A DNA stretch of 64,000 bases from NCBI GenBank assembly GCA_028534125.1, contig CM052832.1, positions 15,006,001 to 15,070,000 of the forward strand, given 5' to 3'. The DNA comes from Lama glama. Taxonomy: Eukaryota. The notes under the pieces were generated by a model, which ran no database searches, was not told the origin of the DNA, and saw nothing but the letters and a program-made list of their open reading frames with translations. Of this stretch, positions 25,011 through 38,035 are shown piece after piece. Each line of letters opens with the position of its first letter. Position 1 is the stretch's first letter. Position numbers and translations under genes: made by a program.

Positions 25011-27139
25011 TCTACTTTCCTTCACACCTGCCAGTGTTCCTAGCACCTTTATAAAGAAGGAATGGGTGGAAAGGAGAAATGACCAAAAGGGGTGTTGGAG
25101 TGCCCTCTGCTGGCCAAGAGTGTAGTCAGTGGCCAAGTTAGAAACAATTCCAAGGCTTGAAGAGGACCTGCACCCATCTGTGGAGAAGCTGATCACAGTC
25201 CTCCAGGGCCTAGAGTAGGGGCCAGTGGAGGACAGAGCTGTTTCATCCACCATCCTGAGATCCCTCATGGGGAGGAGGGAGCAGCTTCCATCCCTGTAGG
25301 GAGGGGTACCTGTGGCTGCCCATGCACATCTGCTTGGTCAGGGACACCCAGCCTCCAAACCTGACACTTGCACTGTGAGGGTCTCCTGGCCGCCAACATT
25401 TGCTGACGTGTGGCTGGAGGAAGAGGACGCAGGGGGTGAGGTGGGAGGCTCCACGCAGGCCTATGGCTGCCCCTCTCAGGTTGTCCTTTATAACGATTTA
25501 AAAAAATCCGGGATCCACTCAAGGTTATGCACTGTACTTCTGCATTTAGATGTCATCATTCTTTAGTATCCAGGAACACTTTCCATGTATTTTGCCATTC
25601 ACAACATTGCCATCTTGAAGAGTCCAGTTGTCTTGCAGAATATCCTACAATTTGTATTTGTCTGATGGTTTCCTTATGATTTGATTCAGGTTAAAACATT
25701 TTTGGTAAGAATACTACCCAGATGGCACTGTAGACTTTGTGCAGCACATCTGGGGCACGTGATGTCAGTGTGTACCTTTATTAGTGATGCTGAGCTGGGT
25801 CACCTGGTTAAGGTGCCCCCCCCCATTTTCTCCCTCTCTTAATCTTCACTTGTGAGATGATTTTGAATTTTTCTACAATTCCTTTCCTGATTTTTATCAA
25901 CTCTCATTTCCTACTTCTCATTTTGGGGTCCATTTTTGTATCATGTTTTAAAATTTCTGATTTAAAGTGTTTTCCTATCTGTGAAAGCTTGTTTAAGGAT
26001 GTTTAGTGCAGGTTAGAGTCTTGTGTTAGAGTTTTCCTCTTCCTGATGGTGCTTCTCTGGAGGAGAATTTTCATTAGCTGAAATGTTTTGATTCTCATTT
26101 CCTATTTTTTAATTTGTGTGGACATTTTCTGCTTTTTTTCTGTTCATGTTGAAATATCTTCTGTTTCCCTTGACTAGCTATAACAGGCATTTGCAGACAG
26201 GATGAGAGGTTTGAGTGACCTACTAGGTTTCTTAGTTCAAGAGCACCCCGTTCTATTGGTAGAGTGAAGTGAGATTTTTAATAAATCAATGATACGTTTT
26301 TTAAATTTAACGATTCTTCGTACTCCCTTCTCTCCAATCACATGGAAGCCTTCAAAAGACATCTTCCTCTTCCAAATCACCTTTTCAAGTCATCCACTCT
26401 GGGCGTGCACACTCTCAAACATCTTGCTTTCTGTTCCTACAGAAGCCAGTGCCCCCCTCCACAGGGAATCAGACCTGTTCTCAGTATTTTCTCACCAGGA
26501 TAGGGCTCTCTCCTCTTCCATTCTCTTCTCTTTTTTCTTTTCTCCCTCCTCCGCCTCGTCCTCTTCCTCTCCCCCTCACCTGACAATTTTGTGTCTCCAT
26601 CCAGACTCTTGCTGTCCTCTACTCTTTTGCATGGAGTCTCCACCCGACCCTCTACTCTGTGGGATCCAGGCCTCGTTCTGCCACTTTCAAATGTTTATTT
26701 CTCTCCTTGGTTGTAGGTTGAGGTTTGCAGTATTCTGTTTCCTGGTCATGCTGAAGATGGGGAGGGGGCATAGTAGTGTTATTTACACCTCCTTTTGTTC
26801 TGAATGCCTTTGGGAGGGTATGTGGAGACATCTAGATTTTGGCAGCTGCCATTATCCTAAAGGAACTTGGGACCCAGCTCAGGTCCTCTTGGTGAATGGG
26901 TAGTGACCACTGGCAAGTTACCCATGAGTTGTCAAGTCAGTTCCTGTTACTTTATTTCAGTTTTGCTTAAGTTGGTCAGAGTCATCTTGTTGCTTGCAAT
27001 CAAAGATTCTGAGCTGTAACATCACGTTTTCTGCCACCTGGCTGGAGCTGGGTTGCAGACAGAAGCAGATGTGAGCTGGAGAGAGAGGTGAAGGAGTTTT
27101 GGAGCCCTCGTTTCAATCTATTTAGAATTCTGTGTACTT

Positions 27140-27420
27140 AATGAAATTTTTGCTGAAGTCAAACACACTTTCACAGAGTGGACACACCCATGCTATTAGC
27201 ATCCAGATGAAGGAAGGAACATAAACCCTGAAAGGACCGCACATGTCCCTTTGGGTCACTACTCCCCTCAAGGGTAACCAATGTTCTGATGTCTCTCACT
27301 ATAGGTTATTGTGATTTGTTTTTATACTTTGTGTGAATCACATGGAATCACGTAATATGTATACTTGGGTTTGTCTTCTTTTGTTCAATATTATGTCTGT
27401 GAGTTTTGCCCACATTGTAG
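27140..27420 (-). mobile_element. L1ME-like 3' fragment
   Basis: ttttgttcaatattatgtctgtgagttttgcccacattgt. Confidence 0.6.
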
Positions 27421-28074
27421 AGATTTAGGATATATTTTGGAGATGGAACAGATAGGACTTGGAGATTCATCATTTGTCCAGTGCCCTTGGGCAAAGCACT
27501 TCACTTCTCTGAACTCAGTCCTCTCATCCATAAAATGGGACTGACGATGCTAATACCTAGCTGGTAGTGCTGCAGTTTCCTCACTGAACCCCTTCAAAGG
27601 GCCTGGACTAGGGTAGAGGGAGCTCTCTCCCTCCTCTTGTCTGAAAGAGTTCAGCCATGACTTGGAGCCCTTGGGCTTGGTCGGCCCCAGTGTATGAAAT
27701 ATAGGCACCTCTCTCTACTCACACCCCTTCTTCCCCATTGCACTTCCAAATTTGGAAACAGCTCTTTTCCTAGGATACCCCTTACTCCTGCTCTCCACTC
27801 TGTCGCCTCGGTCCCCAGTCCTTGGCAGGTGGGAGGAGGTAGCTGTGCTATCAGTAAGAATATTATGCGAATCCTACTGCCTGTTAGAGATAATCTTTCA
27901 GGTGTATAAGCTTCCATTCACACAGGCACGCGCAGGGTGTTGAATCCCAGCCCTTGTTAAGCTCTCTGAGCCTCTGTGAAAAGCAGACCATCTCTGTACC
28001 TCTCAGGGCTGTGGCGAGAATGACAGGGGTTGCCCAGTGACGAGCCTGCCAACCTTGTGTCCATAATGGCAGCA

Positions 28075-28230
28075 CCGTGGTCTCAGATGCAGCTGCGCTT
28101 TGCATCACAAGATGACCAAGCCTGGGCCCTCCCACGGATTCTGACTTAATTGGTTAGGGTACGTCCAGCCATCGGGAGTTTTAAAGGCCCCCCAGATGAC
28201 GCTAATGTGCGGTAAATTTGGCAACCAAGG
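28075..28230. mobile_element. MER5-type hAT MITE
   Basis: gattctgacttaattggttagggt..ttttaaaggccccccagatgacgctaatgtgc..tttggcaacca. Confidence 0.7.
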
Positions 28231-28289
28231 GCCAGGCACAGTGAATGTAGACATGGGGAGACAGAGGCCTGAGCGAGCTTGGCAGGCGG

Positions 28290-29010
28290 GAGACCGCAAC
28301 TTCTTGCACCTGCCGCGCCCACCTCGTTCCACCTACAGGTCTCCTCACTGCACTCCCAACCCCCTTACTTTGCCTTCCTCCCACCGAGGAGTCCAGGACA
28401 TCCCTCACCTGCCGCCTCCTGTTCGTCCGGAGTCAACCTAGGTCCCCCTGGACTTGGGGGGTGTCCTCTACTCCCTCCTTTTCATCGGCGCAGGTGAACC
28501 CTGCTGCGCACGAATCAGAGGGGGCGGTGGCCCAGCTGGGAAACAGCCCTAAAATAGACCCCCCGCCATCCCCGCTGCCTCCTCCCAGAATCTGCTCAGG
28601 TGAAAAACAACTGCCTCGATCCGAGTGTCTCTCCGGCTATTGGAGGAGGGAGGCGCTGAGTCCTGCGGGCCGTGTAGACCCTGGCCTGGGTCCGGCTCAG
28701 AGGTGCGCGCGGATCCGCCCGGGGACGGGCCAGCGCGTGCAGTAAGGGCACTCGACCACCGGGCGGCGCTGCTGGTCCGCGATGGGGAGCCCTCGCGGCG
28801 GCTGGGACTCCGGCCCGGGCTGGCTGGGGAGGGAGGGCCCGCGCTCCCCAGTAAGGAGACTCCTCACGCCCCTTCACGACCTAGGGCGTCCTGAGAGAGA
28901 GTCTCACCGCATTTTGGTGCTGGAACGGGGCCGAATGAGCTCTTTATCCTGAGGAGGTCGGGGCGGGGGGCCTGCCCAGCCCGGTGCTACATCCTTCAGC
29001 AGGCGCTGGC
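28290..29010 (+). promoter_or_regulatory. GRM4: CpG-rich alternative promoter/exon region of GRM4, donor at 28599/28600
   Basis: CpG-rich block with CAG|GTGAAA donor; its translation resembles my recollection of a human GRM4 alternative N-terminus. Confidence 0.6.
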
Positions 29011-32000
29011 AGAGAGAGAAGTGGGGCCCTCATCGCCACTCTTCTGATTGTTTTTGTCCGGGATTTCCCACGTGCTTCCTGAGTTCTGAACTTTGATGGG
29101 GTGCGGGGGCGGGGGGAGGGAGGTCAGGACCACGTGTTCATCTAATTTTTCATTTGTGTCCATCCACTCGCCTACCCAGAAAACATTAGTTCCCCACAGG
29201 CTCTAAACCAGCTGGACTGAAGAAATGGGAAGTGGGTAACAGATTATCCCTTCCAGTTTAGGGAAGGCAGACCAGTGAACTGGGTGCCCTGGAATTCTGG
29301 ACCCAGGGTGATGGTTAAGCTGCGCCTGGAAGGACCGGGAAGGGTTTTCTGGGTGAGAAGAGCAGGTGATTCAGCCACAGAGATGAGAGGGAGGATGGAG
29401 GGCCCAGGGCCTCCGGCTGGAGGGAGCCAGGAGCTGCATACACAGTCTCACCCGGCTGTCCATCCAGATGACCCTGGGGGGGTCCCCTCCTTCGCAATGA
29501 GGTTGGAGAGATCAAGTGACCGAGTGTGGCTCCCCAGTGGTGAGTGTTCAGCTGGGGCTGAATGCAGGTATATTAGGCTCAGGTGGAGAAGGAAGCTGGC
29601 CTTAAACCACAGAGCACATTAACTAGGAGTATGGGGCCAGATCAGCCCATGTCAGCTTGCAGTCCTGAGCTGACACTGGCCTCCTAGGAACATGTGGGGT
29701 CTTTCATGCCCCTCATTTCTACTTCTGTGCCCCTGAGGTTTTTCCTGCTCTTGGGAGGGGTCTGCCATCAGCTACCCCTTCTGCGGTGTGTAGAAAAAGC
29801 CTTTGCCCCCAGGAAGGCAATTCAGGCTCTGCCAGCAGGCAGGGAACACTTGGGACCAAGCCAATGTTTCAGGGCCCAACAGGGCCTGTGACCAACAGGG
29901 GTTGGGGTCAGAGAAGCCATGGGCCAAGGGGCTCAGAGCTGGGGCTGTGCAGAATCGGGGCCAGGAACAGAGGTTAGACTAAAATCTGCAGTGAATGTGC
30001 TGTGTGGCCCCAGCCTGGTGGCTCCCCCTTTCTGGGCCTCAGTTGCTTATCTGTATCTTGAAGGGGTGGTGCAGATCCCTGAGGTAGGGAGGGCTGAGGG
30101 GAGGCTCAGGTATAGGGATGTGGAGGTGGAGCTGGGTGTGTGGGGCTAGTGGGGTGGGATGGGAAGCCCTGGGTCCTCTCGGTGGGGTGTGGCTGCCTGT
30201 TAGCACACCCTGATGAGAGACCCCGTCTCCCTACCCAGCCCCTCTCTCACCTTGCTCCTGCCTGTCCCCCGTGTCTTCAGTTGTGGGGGCCTCATACCCA
30301 ACTCCAGCTGGTTGGAGTTCTATTAATATTTCAGTTTGATGAATTAAAGATTATTTCTACCCTCCTCCTTCTGATGTCCCAGGAGGGAATTAAAAGCACA
30401 TCCGATCCAATCAAATGCCATTAAAATGCAGCCCACGAGGGTAGGAGCTGACGGGTGTGGGCTTTTCTTTCCCAGCACCACTTTGTCCTCTTTGGGGGGT
30501 CTGGGTGATGGGCTGGTCTTTGTGGGCACAGGAGGCAGGAGAAAGCTGAGGTGGAGGAGGGCAAGTGGTGTTTACATAACTGCTGCTGCCTTAGAGAGGA
30601 GCAGGACCCCTGAGAATGTGGCTCAGGTCTCCTGGATAACAGGATGGGGAGGCAATGCCGCTGTGACCGCAGCCCCGTGACCTGACCGTGACTCCCGCAT
30701 CAGATGTCTTCCGGGTCAGTCCAGCCGCCCTGGCTCTGCGTGGAGGCTGCTGCAGATAGCTCAGCAGCAGTGAAGATGAAAGCTTTGGAGACAGCACGGG
30801 AGGGATCGATGCTCCTTGAGGCTCCACTAGCAAGAGGTCCTGGGGTCTTTTCCACTTTCTGGCCTGTCAGCTGTCTGGGTCCACCTTAGGAGGGAACAGT
30901 AACTGGGGCTTCCTTCCAGTGCTGTCCAGGAGGTTCCTAAGGAGGACAAAGGCTGCAGTGTGTGGGGGATTGACAGAGGGGCCAGCCAGGCTGTATGGCC
31001 TTTGCCCCAACCCAAGAGCCTGGGGCCCGTTTGGAGGACAATCCAAGGCTCCAATCCCAGAGATTTTGCTTATACATGAAAAGCATTTCTCAGCCCCATA
31101 CTTTCCCTTCATCCCTGAAGAGCCCCGAGTGGCAGCAGCATCATGGTCCACACTGGCTGGCTGAGGACACTAAGGCTCCAAGTCTGGGGCGTCATGGGAC
31201 ACATGCCTGCTAGAACAGTGGGTGCTGTGGAAAGTGTCTGAGGCCAGGTGCTCTGTGGAGTGTGTGATCAGGGAGGAGTGTGGTGGGGTGCAAGAGAAAG
31301 GATCAGAAGGATCTGAAGAGCCTGGAGAAGGCACTGCAGGTGGGGCTCAGTGAAGCAAAGGCATTCCCCTTCCAGGTTGCCACCCCACACTCCCCGGCCT
31401 CCCACAGGCCTCCTCCTCCTCTCTGTCTCTCTGTTTCTCTGTGTGTGTGTGTCTCTCTCAGTGTCTCTTGGCCAGCTGGGCTGCATCCCCTCCTGAGCCT
31501 GTCACCTGGCTGCTCCCCTGAAGCCCAGCAGGAGCGGGCTGGCCAGGAGGCCCAGGGCAGGGTGGGCGGGGCTTTAAAATGTTAATTGTATTTTGACATC
31601 CTGATTGTGACATCCATTCTAATGACACTTGGCTCATGGCTGGCAGCCCCTGGACACGTGGAGCAAGAGGGATGGTAAGTAGTTTTAAATTGCAGCTGCT
31701 GGTGACCAGGCTGGAAAATCCTGAGTCTTAAGAAGAAAGAGGGAGGGAGAGGAGAGGAGGAGGAGAGAGTGGAAATCAAGGAGGAGGAGGAAGCCTCCTT
31801 CTCTCTGGCAGGTCTCTCATTCATTTGTTTAACAAGCGAACATTTATTGGGCACCTACTGCATGCTTGGTGCACTCTCAGCCCATGGAGGGTCAGATGCT
31901 GTGGGCCCCGCTCCCACACCTGGGCTCCCAGCTCTTCCAGATCCTACTCCTCTTTCAGGGTCTAAGGGACACCTCCTCTGGGGGCCCTGACATCAGCCGC

Positions 32001-32299
32001 CCCTCCCTTCCTGGCCACCCATGAGCTTGAGGTCGTTCTGGTGCCTCCCCTGTGCTTCCTTCCTCACATCCCCTCCCTTAGCAATTTGGTGTTGACTGTC
32101 CCCTAAATCCTTACATATCTCATCCCACTCCTGTATCTGTTCCCACGCACTTGGGTTGAACAGAGCTGTCTCCAGAATCTGCTGTTTCTTCTCCATCCAG
32201 TCTCACTCCTCTTTTCACGTGCCAGGGCAGGTGGGAGGGTGTAGACACAACTGTACTGTGTATCCTGGAAAGTCTTTGGTTCAAATGGGATGATTAGAG

Positions 32300-32588
32300 G
32301 TATGTAGGTCCCTGGCCAGATTGTTCAGGAATTTAGAAAGATAATACGGTGCAAGTATGATGTACTGTGCAACACTCCTAGGAGGCCTGGGGAAGTATCC
32401 CCACAACAAGTACGATGGCTCAGATCCCTGCAGTGAAACAGCATCTCCCATGAGGGAGCTAGGCAGTGACAATGACTCGCTTTCACATCAGGTTTTGCAG
32501 CCAAATGAGTTTGCTGAAAATTTGTGGACAAACTGGTTTTCAGAGCCTGTTGGATTTTGGAATTGTGGAAAGGGGATTGCGACTCTAG
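32300..32588. mobile_element. Ancient DNA transposon remnant (Tigger-like end)
   Basis: ttttcagagc..tggattttggaattgtggaaaggggattgcgac. Confidence 0.45.
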
Positions 32589-34004
32589 CCAACTCATAAT
32601 TCTAAGCCAGAAGCCCAAGAAAGTTCCAAGAGGTGTAGGAGGATTCCTTGAGGTTGGACCCATACCGGCCTCAAGGGAGGGGATCACTCACACCTTATCT
32701 AGTCTGTAGCAGAGCCCAGCCTGTCCCACAGCCTGGCCAGGGGAATTTCACAGTACCCGTGCCCTTGAGATGCAGTATCTCTGTGGGGCAAAGAAGAGGG
32801 GCTGGGGTGACCCTGGGAGGCAGACTGGGAATGACTTACCCCAGGATCCTTAACCCACGGCCTCAGCTTCTGACCCCAGCTGTCCTCAACTCCTCTAAGC
32901 CTTCAGGGTGACTTATGACTCTCTGGAGAGCCTGGGCCATGCCTTCTCTTGTAGTCAGCTCTTCATCCTAGTAATGTCCTACCAGGGACAGATACTGTTT
33001 AAACAAACTTCCCCATCAGAGACATTTCCATCTAATGGCCTGGTTTAGGGGAAACCAAAATTGAAACCCATCAGACACCAAGGCTGAGGCGGTGGCTGGG
33101 TCAGCTCGATGTGGCGACCATTTATCAGGTGTTTCAGGCCTGCCAGGCTCTCCCCAGGCTCTTGCACCTTCAAGCTCACTTTGACATATTTCAGCAAATT
33201 CTAAACTTCAGGATTTTCAAAGACAATTGCCCTCTCCTATTAGGATTCTTTTGAAATGGAGAAGTCATAGAACTCAGCTTGGTGAGTTTGACTTGCCAAC
33301 CCAGTGGGTTGGAAGGGGCAGGCAGGCCAGCTGTTTTCCCTTGCCAGGGAGGCCAGAATAGGAGCAGGAAGAATCTGCTGCAGCATAAGGGAGTTAGATC
33401 AGACCTCAGGAAGAACTTCCAGGTCCAAAAGCTATAAATTACAGATGCAGGACTTGGCATTATTATTTTCTCTAGGATTACTTGCCTCTTTTCTTCTCCC
33501 CTCAAGCCCCCTGTCCCTCAATGCTGAGATAGTATCTCCTTTTCTCTGGGTAAGTCCGTGGACATGGGACTGGTGGATTAGAATGTCTACCCCGCTTACC
33601 CCACCAGTGTCAGTCAGGTCAGCCTCCTTTTAAGCTTTCAAAATGAGACCCAACCCCAAATCCAAGTATCTTTAGAGAGATCTCAGCCCAGCCCCTTATT
33701 TCACTGATGGGGAAACCAGTGCTCAGAGAGTCTCTCCCAGGTCACACAGCCTTAGTACCAAGGACCTAGACTCCTCCTTCCAGCCCTGTGACCCCCAGGA
33801 GTCTGAGGAGTGGGACGGCTTGCTGGGGAGCAATTTGGAATTCAGGCCATTGCACCAGCTGGCCTAGGCTGGGGCATCTGCTGTGTGACTCCTTGAGGTC
33901 ACCTCTGATCACTCTTCTCCCACAGAGGTGACTCTGTAGCCCCCTTGTTTCCACATGATGCTCCCAGCTCCCCCAGGGTAGGGGACACCAACTGAAGTTC
34001 CTGG

Positions 34005-34106
34005 AGGTATGTGTGTGTATGTGTGTATATATACATGTGCCTCTATAAATATGTATCTGAATGTGTTGCTGTGTCTTTGTGTGTGTGTCTGTATGTGTCT
34101 CTGTCT
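34005..34106. repeat. Degenerate TG/TA low-complexity tract
   Basis: gtatgtgtgtgtatgtgtgtatatatacatgtg...gtgtgtgtgtctgtatgtgtc. Confidence 0.8.
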
Positions 34107-36224
34107 TTTTTTATGGTAAGTCAGGTCAGCCACAAGTCAGGAGAAGAAATGTCCCAGCTGGACCAAGGTGGGATTCACAGGTGAGGGCTGGATGGCTGAC
34201 CACTCTGTGCTGGAGGCCTAGAGTCCCGGGATGGCCCAGGATGGCTGCCCAGAAGAGCTAGGCCTCAGGCTGGGAACCTTCAACTGGACGAGTCCACAAA
34301 TGCAGCCATCTGCCAGCCAACAGTGTTTCTTTTTTTAACCCCTGAAAAATATAGCCTGCCCAGCCTTCTGCCACACAGCTGGTGGGGGCGGGGTATAATT
34401 ATGGTCAGAGTGAAGGCAACACTGAGGGGCAGGGGGTGGGGAGAGGGGCTGGGTTACTTTTGGCTCTCAATAAGCCATGGCCCATTTATTATCAGTTTCA
34501 TTCATTCATTCAAGCAAAGGATATTCAACAAAAGGATATTGAGGACTATATTCTGTATTAAAAATCGCAGTGGGTTCCCAAACACAGGACTAGGTGTTGT
34601 GCACTCATTATTTCATTCCCTCTTCATGACAGCCTGGCCAGTAGGACCCAGGCATTAGCCCTTGTGGTCCCTTTGAGGGAATCAAAGGCCTCTCATGTTT
34701 TAGGCAGACCCAGCCTCAAGACAGGATGTGTCATGTGTCAAGCCTAATGCAGGCTGGACTTGAACATTCCAGCACCCCTCAACTGGGTGGCTTCTTGCAC
34801 ACCATCCTGGCAGCCCTGCTCTGGGCTCAGCATCATGGTCCTCGTTCTATAGGTAGGAAACTGAGAGACCCTGGGCATGCTCGGGGTTCAGTTTGAACCC
34901 AGGCAGGCTGTTCTCAAGGACATCACCTCTTCTGAGTGACTTGAGTTTCCTGCAAGCCCAGAGCAGTGCACACTTGACTGGGCAGAGCCACCAGACAGCA
35001 GGAGCTTTGGTGGCCTTAGCTCATTCATACCTCTATAAAATGTGTTGGGCCGAGGTGTGCATGGCCACGGGTGCACTCTTCAAGGGCAGGGTAGTGTGCT
35101 GTTCTTTGTGCATTTCTGGGGCTGGGAATGGAGCAGGAACTCAGTCAGTGCTGGTTGCATTAAAAAAAGGCATGAATGAATGCATGATCTAGGCCCTTCC
35201 ATCAGAGACTTCAGTCTGACTGGGTAAATGAGACATGTATTTGGGGTGATTACACAGGAGAGTTACAAAGAATTAGTGCTTTGCCAACATGTATTCATTC
35301 ATCAAGCATTCATTGAGCTCACACTCTGGGCCAGGCATGGTGCCAGGCCCTGGATGAACCATGGGGAACAAGATGTGTCCTGGCCTGGCATAATCTGACA
35401 TTCTGGAGGAGAAGGTGCCTGAGTGTGTCTTTGGGAAGGTACAGGGGCATTGGATAAGGCGCACAGAGGGAGAAAGTGCAGTCCAGTAAGGGGCGGGTCA
35501 TACCATGCTATTCCCAGGCCCCCACAGACATTTCCCTGATCTATAAGAGGGAAAATAGGGGTTGGGCTGGGAGTGGGGGGTTCTGAGTACCCCCTAGGCT
35601 TGGGCACAGTGGAGCACAGGGTGTCACTCTGCAGGTCAGCCAGGATGACTGAGGTATGATATGGGGGAGGGAGGCCATTGGCCAGCCACTCTCCCCTCAG
35701 CTCCCTGGCACTGTGCTGAGCACCCTCCCCTGGACAAGGACAGTCACACGTCACAGCTCTAATTGAAGACGCTTCTGCAGTCTGGGACGAGATGCTCTTG
35801 CAATCCTAAGAGGGCTGCAAGGCTCCCTCCCTCTCTTCCTCCCCAGCCTGTCTCTAAGGCCAGCCCATCTCCCAGGATTTTTCACAGCTCCCCTCTGGGA
35901 AGGAGAAGCGCTGGGGCTCCAGCTTCTCCTTGCAGAGGGAGTCTTCCCCAGGCTCCCTCCTGCCTGCTAGCCAGGCCACCTGTTACACTTTGCAAACCAG
36001 TGCTGAAGGGAGACCAGTGGGCTGTTGGCCATGGGCTGGGGGTTCCCCTAGCCTGGTGGAGTTCTGGGGTGGAGGGGGCCTCATTGGAAACGGACCCCTT
36101 GACAGGCTGTGTGACCAGGGGCAAGTCCAATCCCCTCATTGGACCTCTCCCCACCATTCCTCACGCGGCCCCCCCACCCCCACCCTGCTCGCCCCCCATA
36201 TGCTCAAACCAGGAGCAATGGGGT

Positions 36225-36367
36225 ATGCAAATGAACATGCCACATGAGGGCACACGCCCCTTGTGCTGTGCAGCTGTATGAGAAGCAGGTCTACGGATAG
36301 GGGTCCTAGTGACGCACTGGGGGTGGGGGGAGTGATGGGGAGGCGTGCGACCCCTTGACATCACGTG
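36225..36367. promoter_or_regulatory. Upstream motif cluster: octamer, CRE-like site, E-box
   Basis: ATGCAAAT 36225-36232, TGACATCA 36356-36363 overlapping CACGTG 36362-36367. Confidence 0.4.
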
Positions 36368-36879
36368 TTTCGCTGTACTTCTCAGGGTATGTGTCGGGAG
36401 GCTGTGTTCCTTGACCCTCGACCTTTGGGGTCAGGAGGGGTGCCGGCCCTGTCCTGGAGCCGAGCAGCAGACATCCGCCCATGGGGAGGGGTAGAAGGGG
36501 GCTTCCAGGAGAGGGCGCCGGTGGGGCGTGGCGGGAGGGGGAGCAGAAGGTGGGTCGGGACGGGTGCGGAGGGGTGGCGGGGCGCTTGGGCGAGCGCCAG
36601 TCTTCCGGCAGTGGAGGTGCGGGGCCGGGGGTGGGCTCCCAGGTTCTCTCTTTGTAAACGGCCGGCGGAAGCCGCGCACTCGGCGGCACTTGCCGCACAA
36701 ACTTGGCGGCCCGGCTCCCGCCTTCCCGAGTGCGGCAGCGGCAGCGGCAGTGGGCGCTGGGGCTGAGCGGCTGCGGTCCCCTCGCCCCCTCGTGCTCCTG
36801 GCGCCCGCCCCCTCCCGCAGCCTCCCCTCTCCGCGTCTTCCTCGCTCTCCTTGTCTCTCGCTCCCTCTCTCGCTCGCTC

Positions 36880-37338
36880 TCATTTTTTCCTGCTGCCGTG
36901 CGGCTGCCGCGGCGCCGCCGGGCGCCCGCATCTCGGCCGGCTGCGCTCCCTGCTCGGCTCCCGCTCCACTCCCTTCCCAGCCCGGAGCCCTCGGCGGGAT
37001 TCCGTGCCCCGGAGCCGCCTCCTCGCTCCTTCCGGCTCGGACGCCGGACTCCGCGGCTGTCGGAGCAGGACTGGCCGCCGCTCCATAGCTCGCTGGCTCG
37101 CTCTCGCCGGAGGAGCAGCCGACCGCCGCGCGCTTGGCGGCGGCTCCGGCCGGGCGGCAGTCAGCTCATCTCCGCTGCGTCCCGGACTCCGGGCGGCTCC
37201 GCGCCCTGCTCGGTCCGCAGCGTCAGCGCCGCCCGCCGCGGCCCGGGTTCCAGGCACCGCGAGAAGCAAGCCGCCGGCCGCCGCCTCCCCGCGTCCCCAG
37301 GGCGGGCGGGAGCGCCACCGACCCCTCTCCGGCGCGCG
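36880..37338 (+). other. GRM4: Probable non-coding first exon of GRM4 (start approximate)
   Basis: Lies inside the CpG island; Inr-like TCATTTT at 36880-36886 after a pyrimidine tract; consensus donor GCG|GTGAGT at 37338/37339; no ATG seen in the interval. Confidence 0.7.
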
Positions 37339-38035
37339 GTGAGTTGTGGCCCGGGGGGAACGGGCAGAGGGGACGGTGCCTTCCGGCCTCTGGGGCTCGG
37401 GCTGTGGCGGGGACTCCGGGGCTCGGGGAGGTGGTCTCTTACGAGCCCCCTCGCTTAGGGCTGCCTAGAAGAGGGCCGGCGGACCGGAGCCCTCGGAGCT
37501 GGAGGGCGCAGGACTCGGACTAGAGGGTATCCCCTCGGGGCTGGGGCCGGCTCTCCCAACGCCCCGAGGGAGGGAGTAGGGCAGCGGCTCTTTTGCGGGC
37601 CTGGAGGAAATTGTCTCTGTGCTAGGGGTTATGTCGGGTTCCACTGGATTGAGGGGTCGTGCCCGAGCTCAGGTAGGGGCGGCCGTATCAGTGCGCCCCC
37701 TCTGCGGAAAGCAGGGCGGGCGGGGGCGCAGGGCGTTATTTGCACCCCTTCCCTGTCGTCTCCCGGCGGGAGGGCAGCGTCAGCCTAGCGCGCCTCAGCT
37801 CCTTTCCCCCGCACCGACACAGCGTCCCGTTCCCGTGGCCGCCCCAGCGTCGCCTTCGCCACCGGCCGGATCTCGGCTCCTGCTTGCTCTTGGCCAAGGC
37901 AGGTTGGGACGGCGCTCCAGGGTCTGGGGTCTCCGCATGTATCCGGGACTTCAGGGTCAGGTGCTCCTTGGACACTCGGGACCAACCCTCTCCGGGACCC
38001 TGATGAACCTGTGTTTCTACTGGCGATCGGCTGGG

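Noticed and set aside
26289..26903. 204-aa hydrophobic ORF
   Set aside because: Arises from pyrimidine-rich, decayed repeat-like sequence; no family resemblance.
36365..37523. Long overlapping ORFs (up to 251 aa) in the CpG island
   Set aside because: Low-complexity Arg/Pro/Ala/Gly products in most frames, mostly non-ATG starts; expected from stop-codon scarcity in GC-rich DNA.
37691..37707. CTCF-like CCGCAGAGGGGGCGCAC
   Set aside because: 5' half of the core mismatches; likely by chance in a CpG island.
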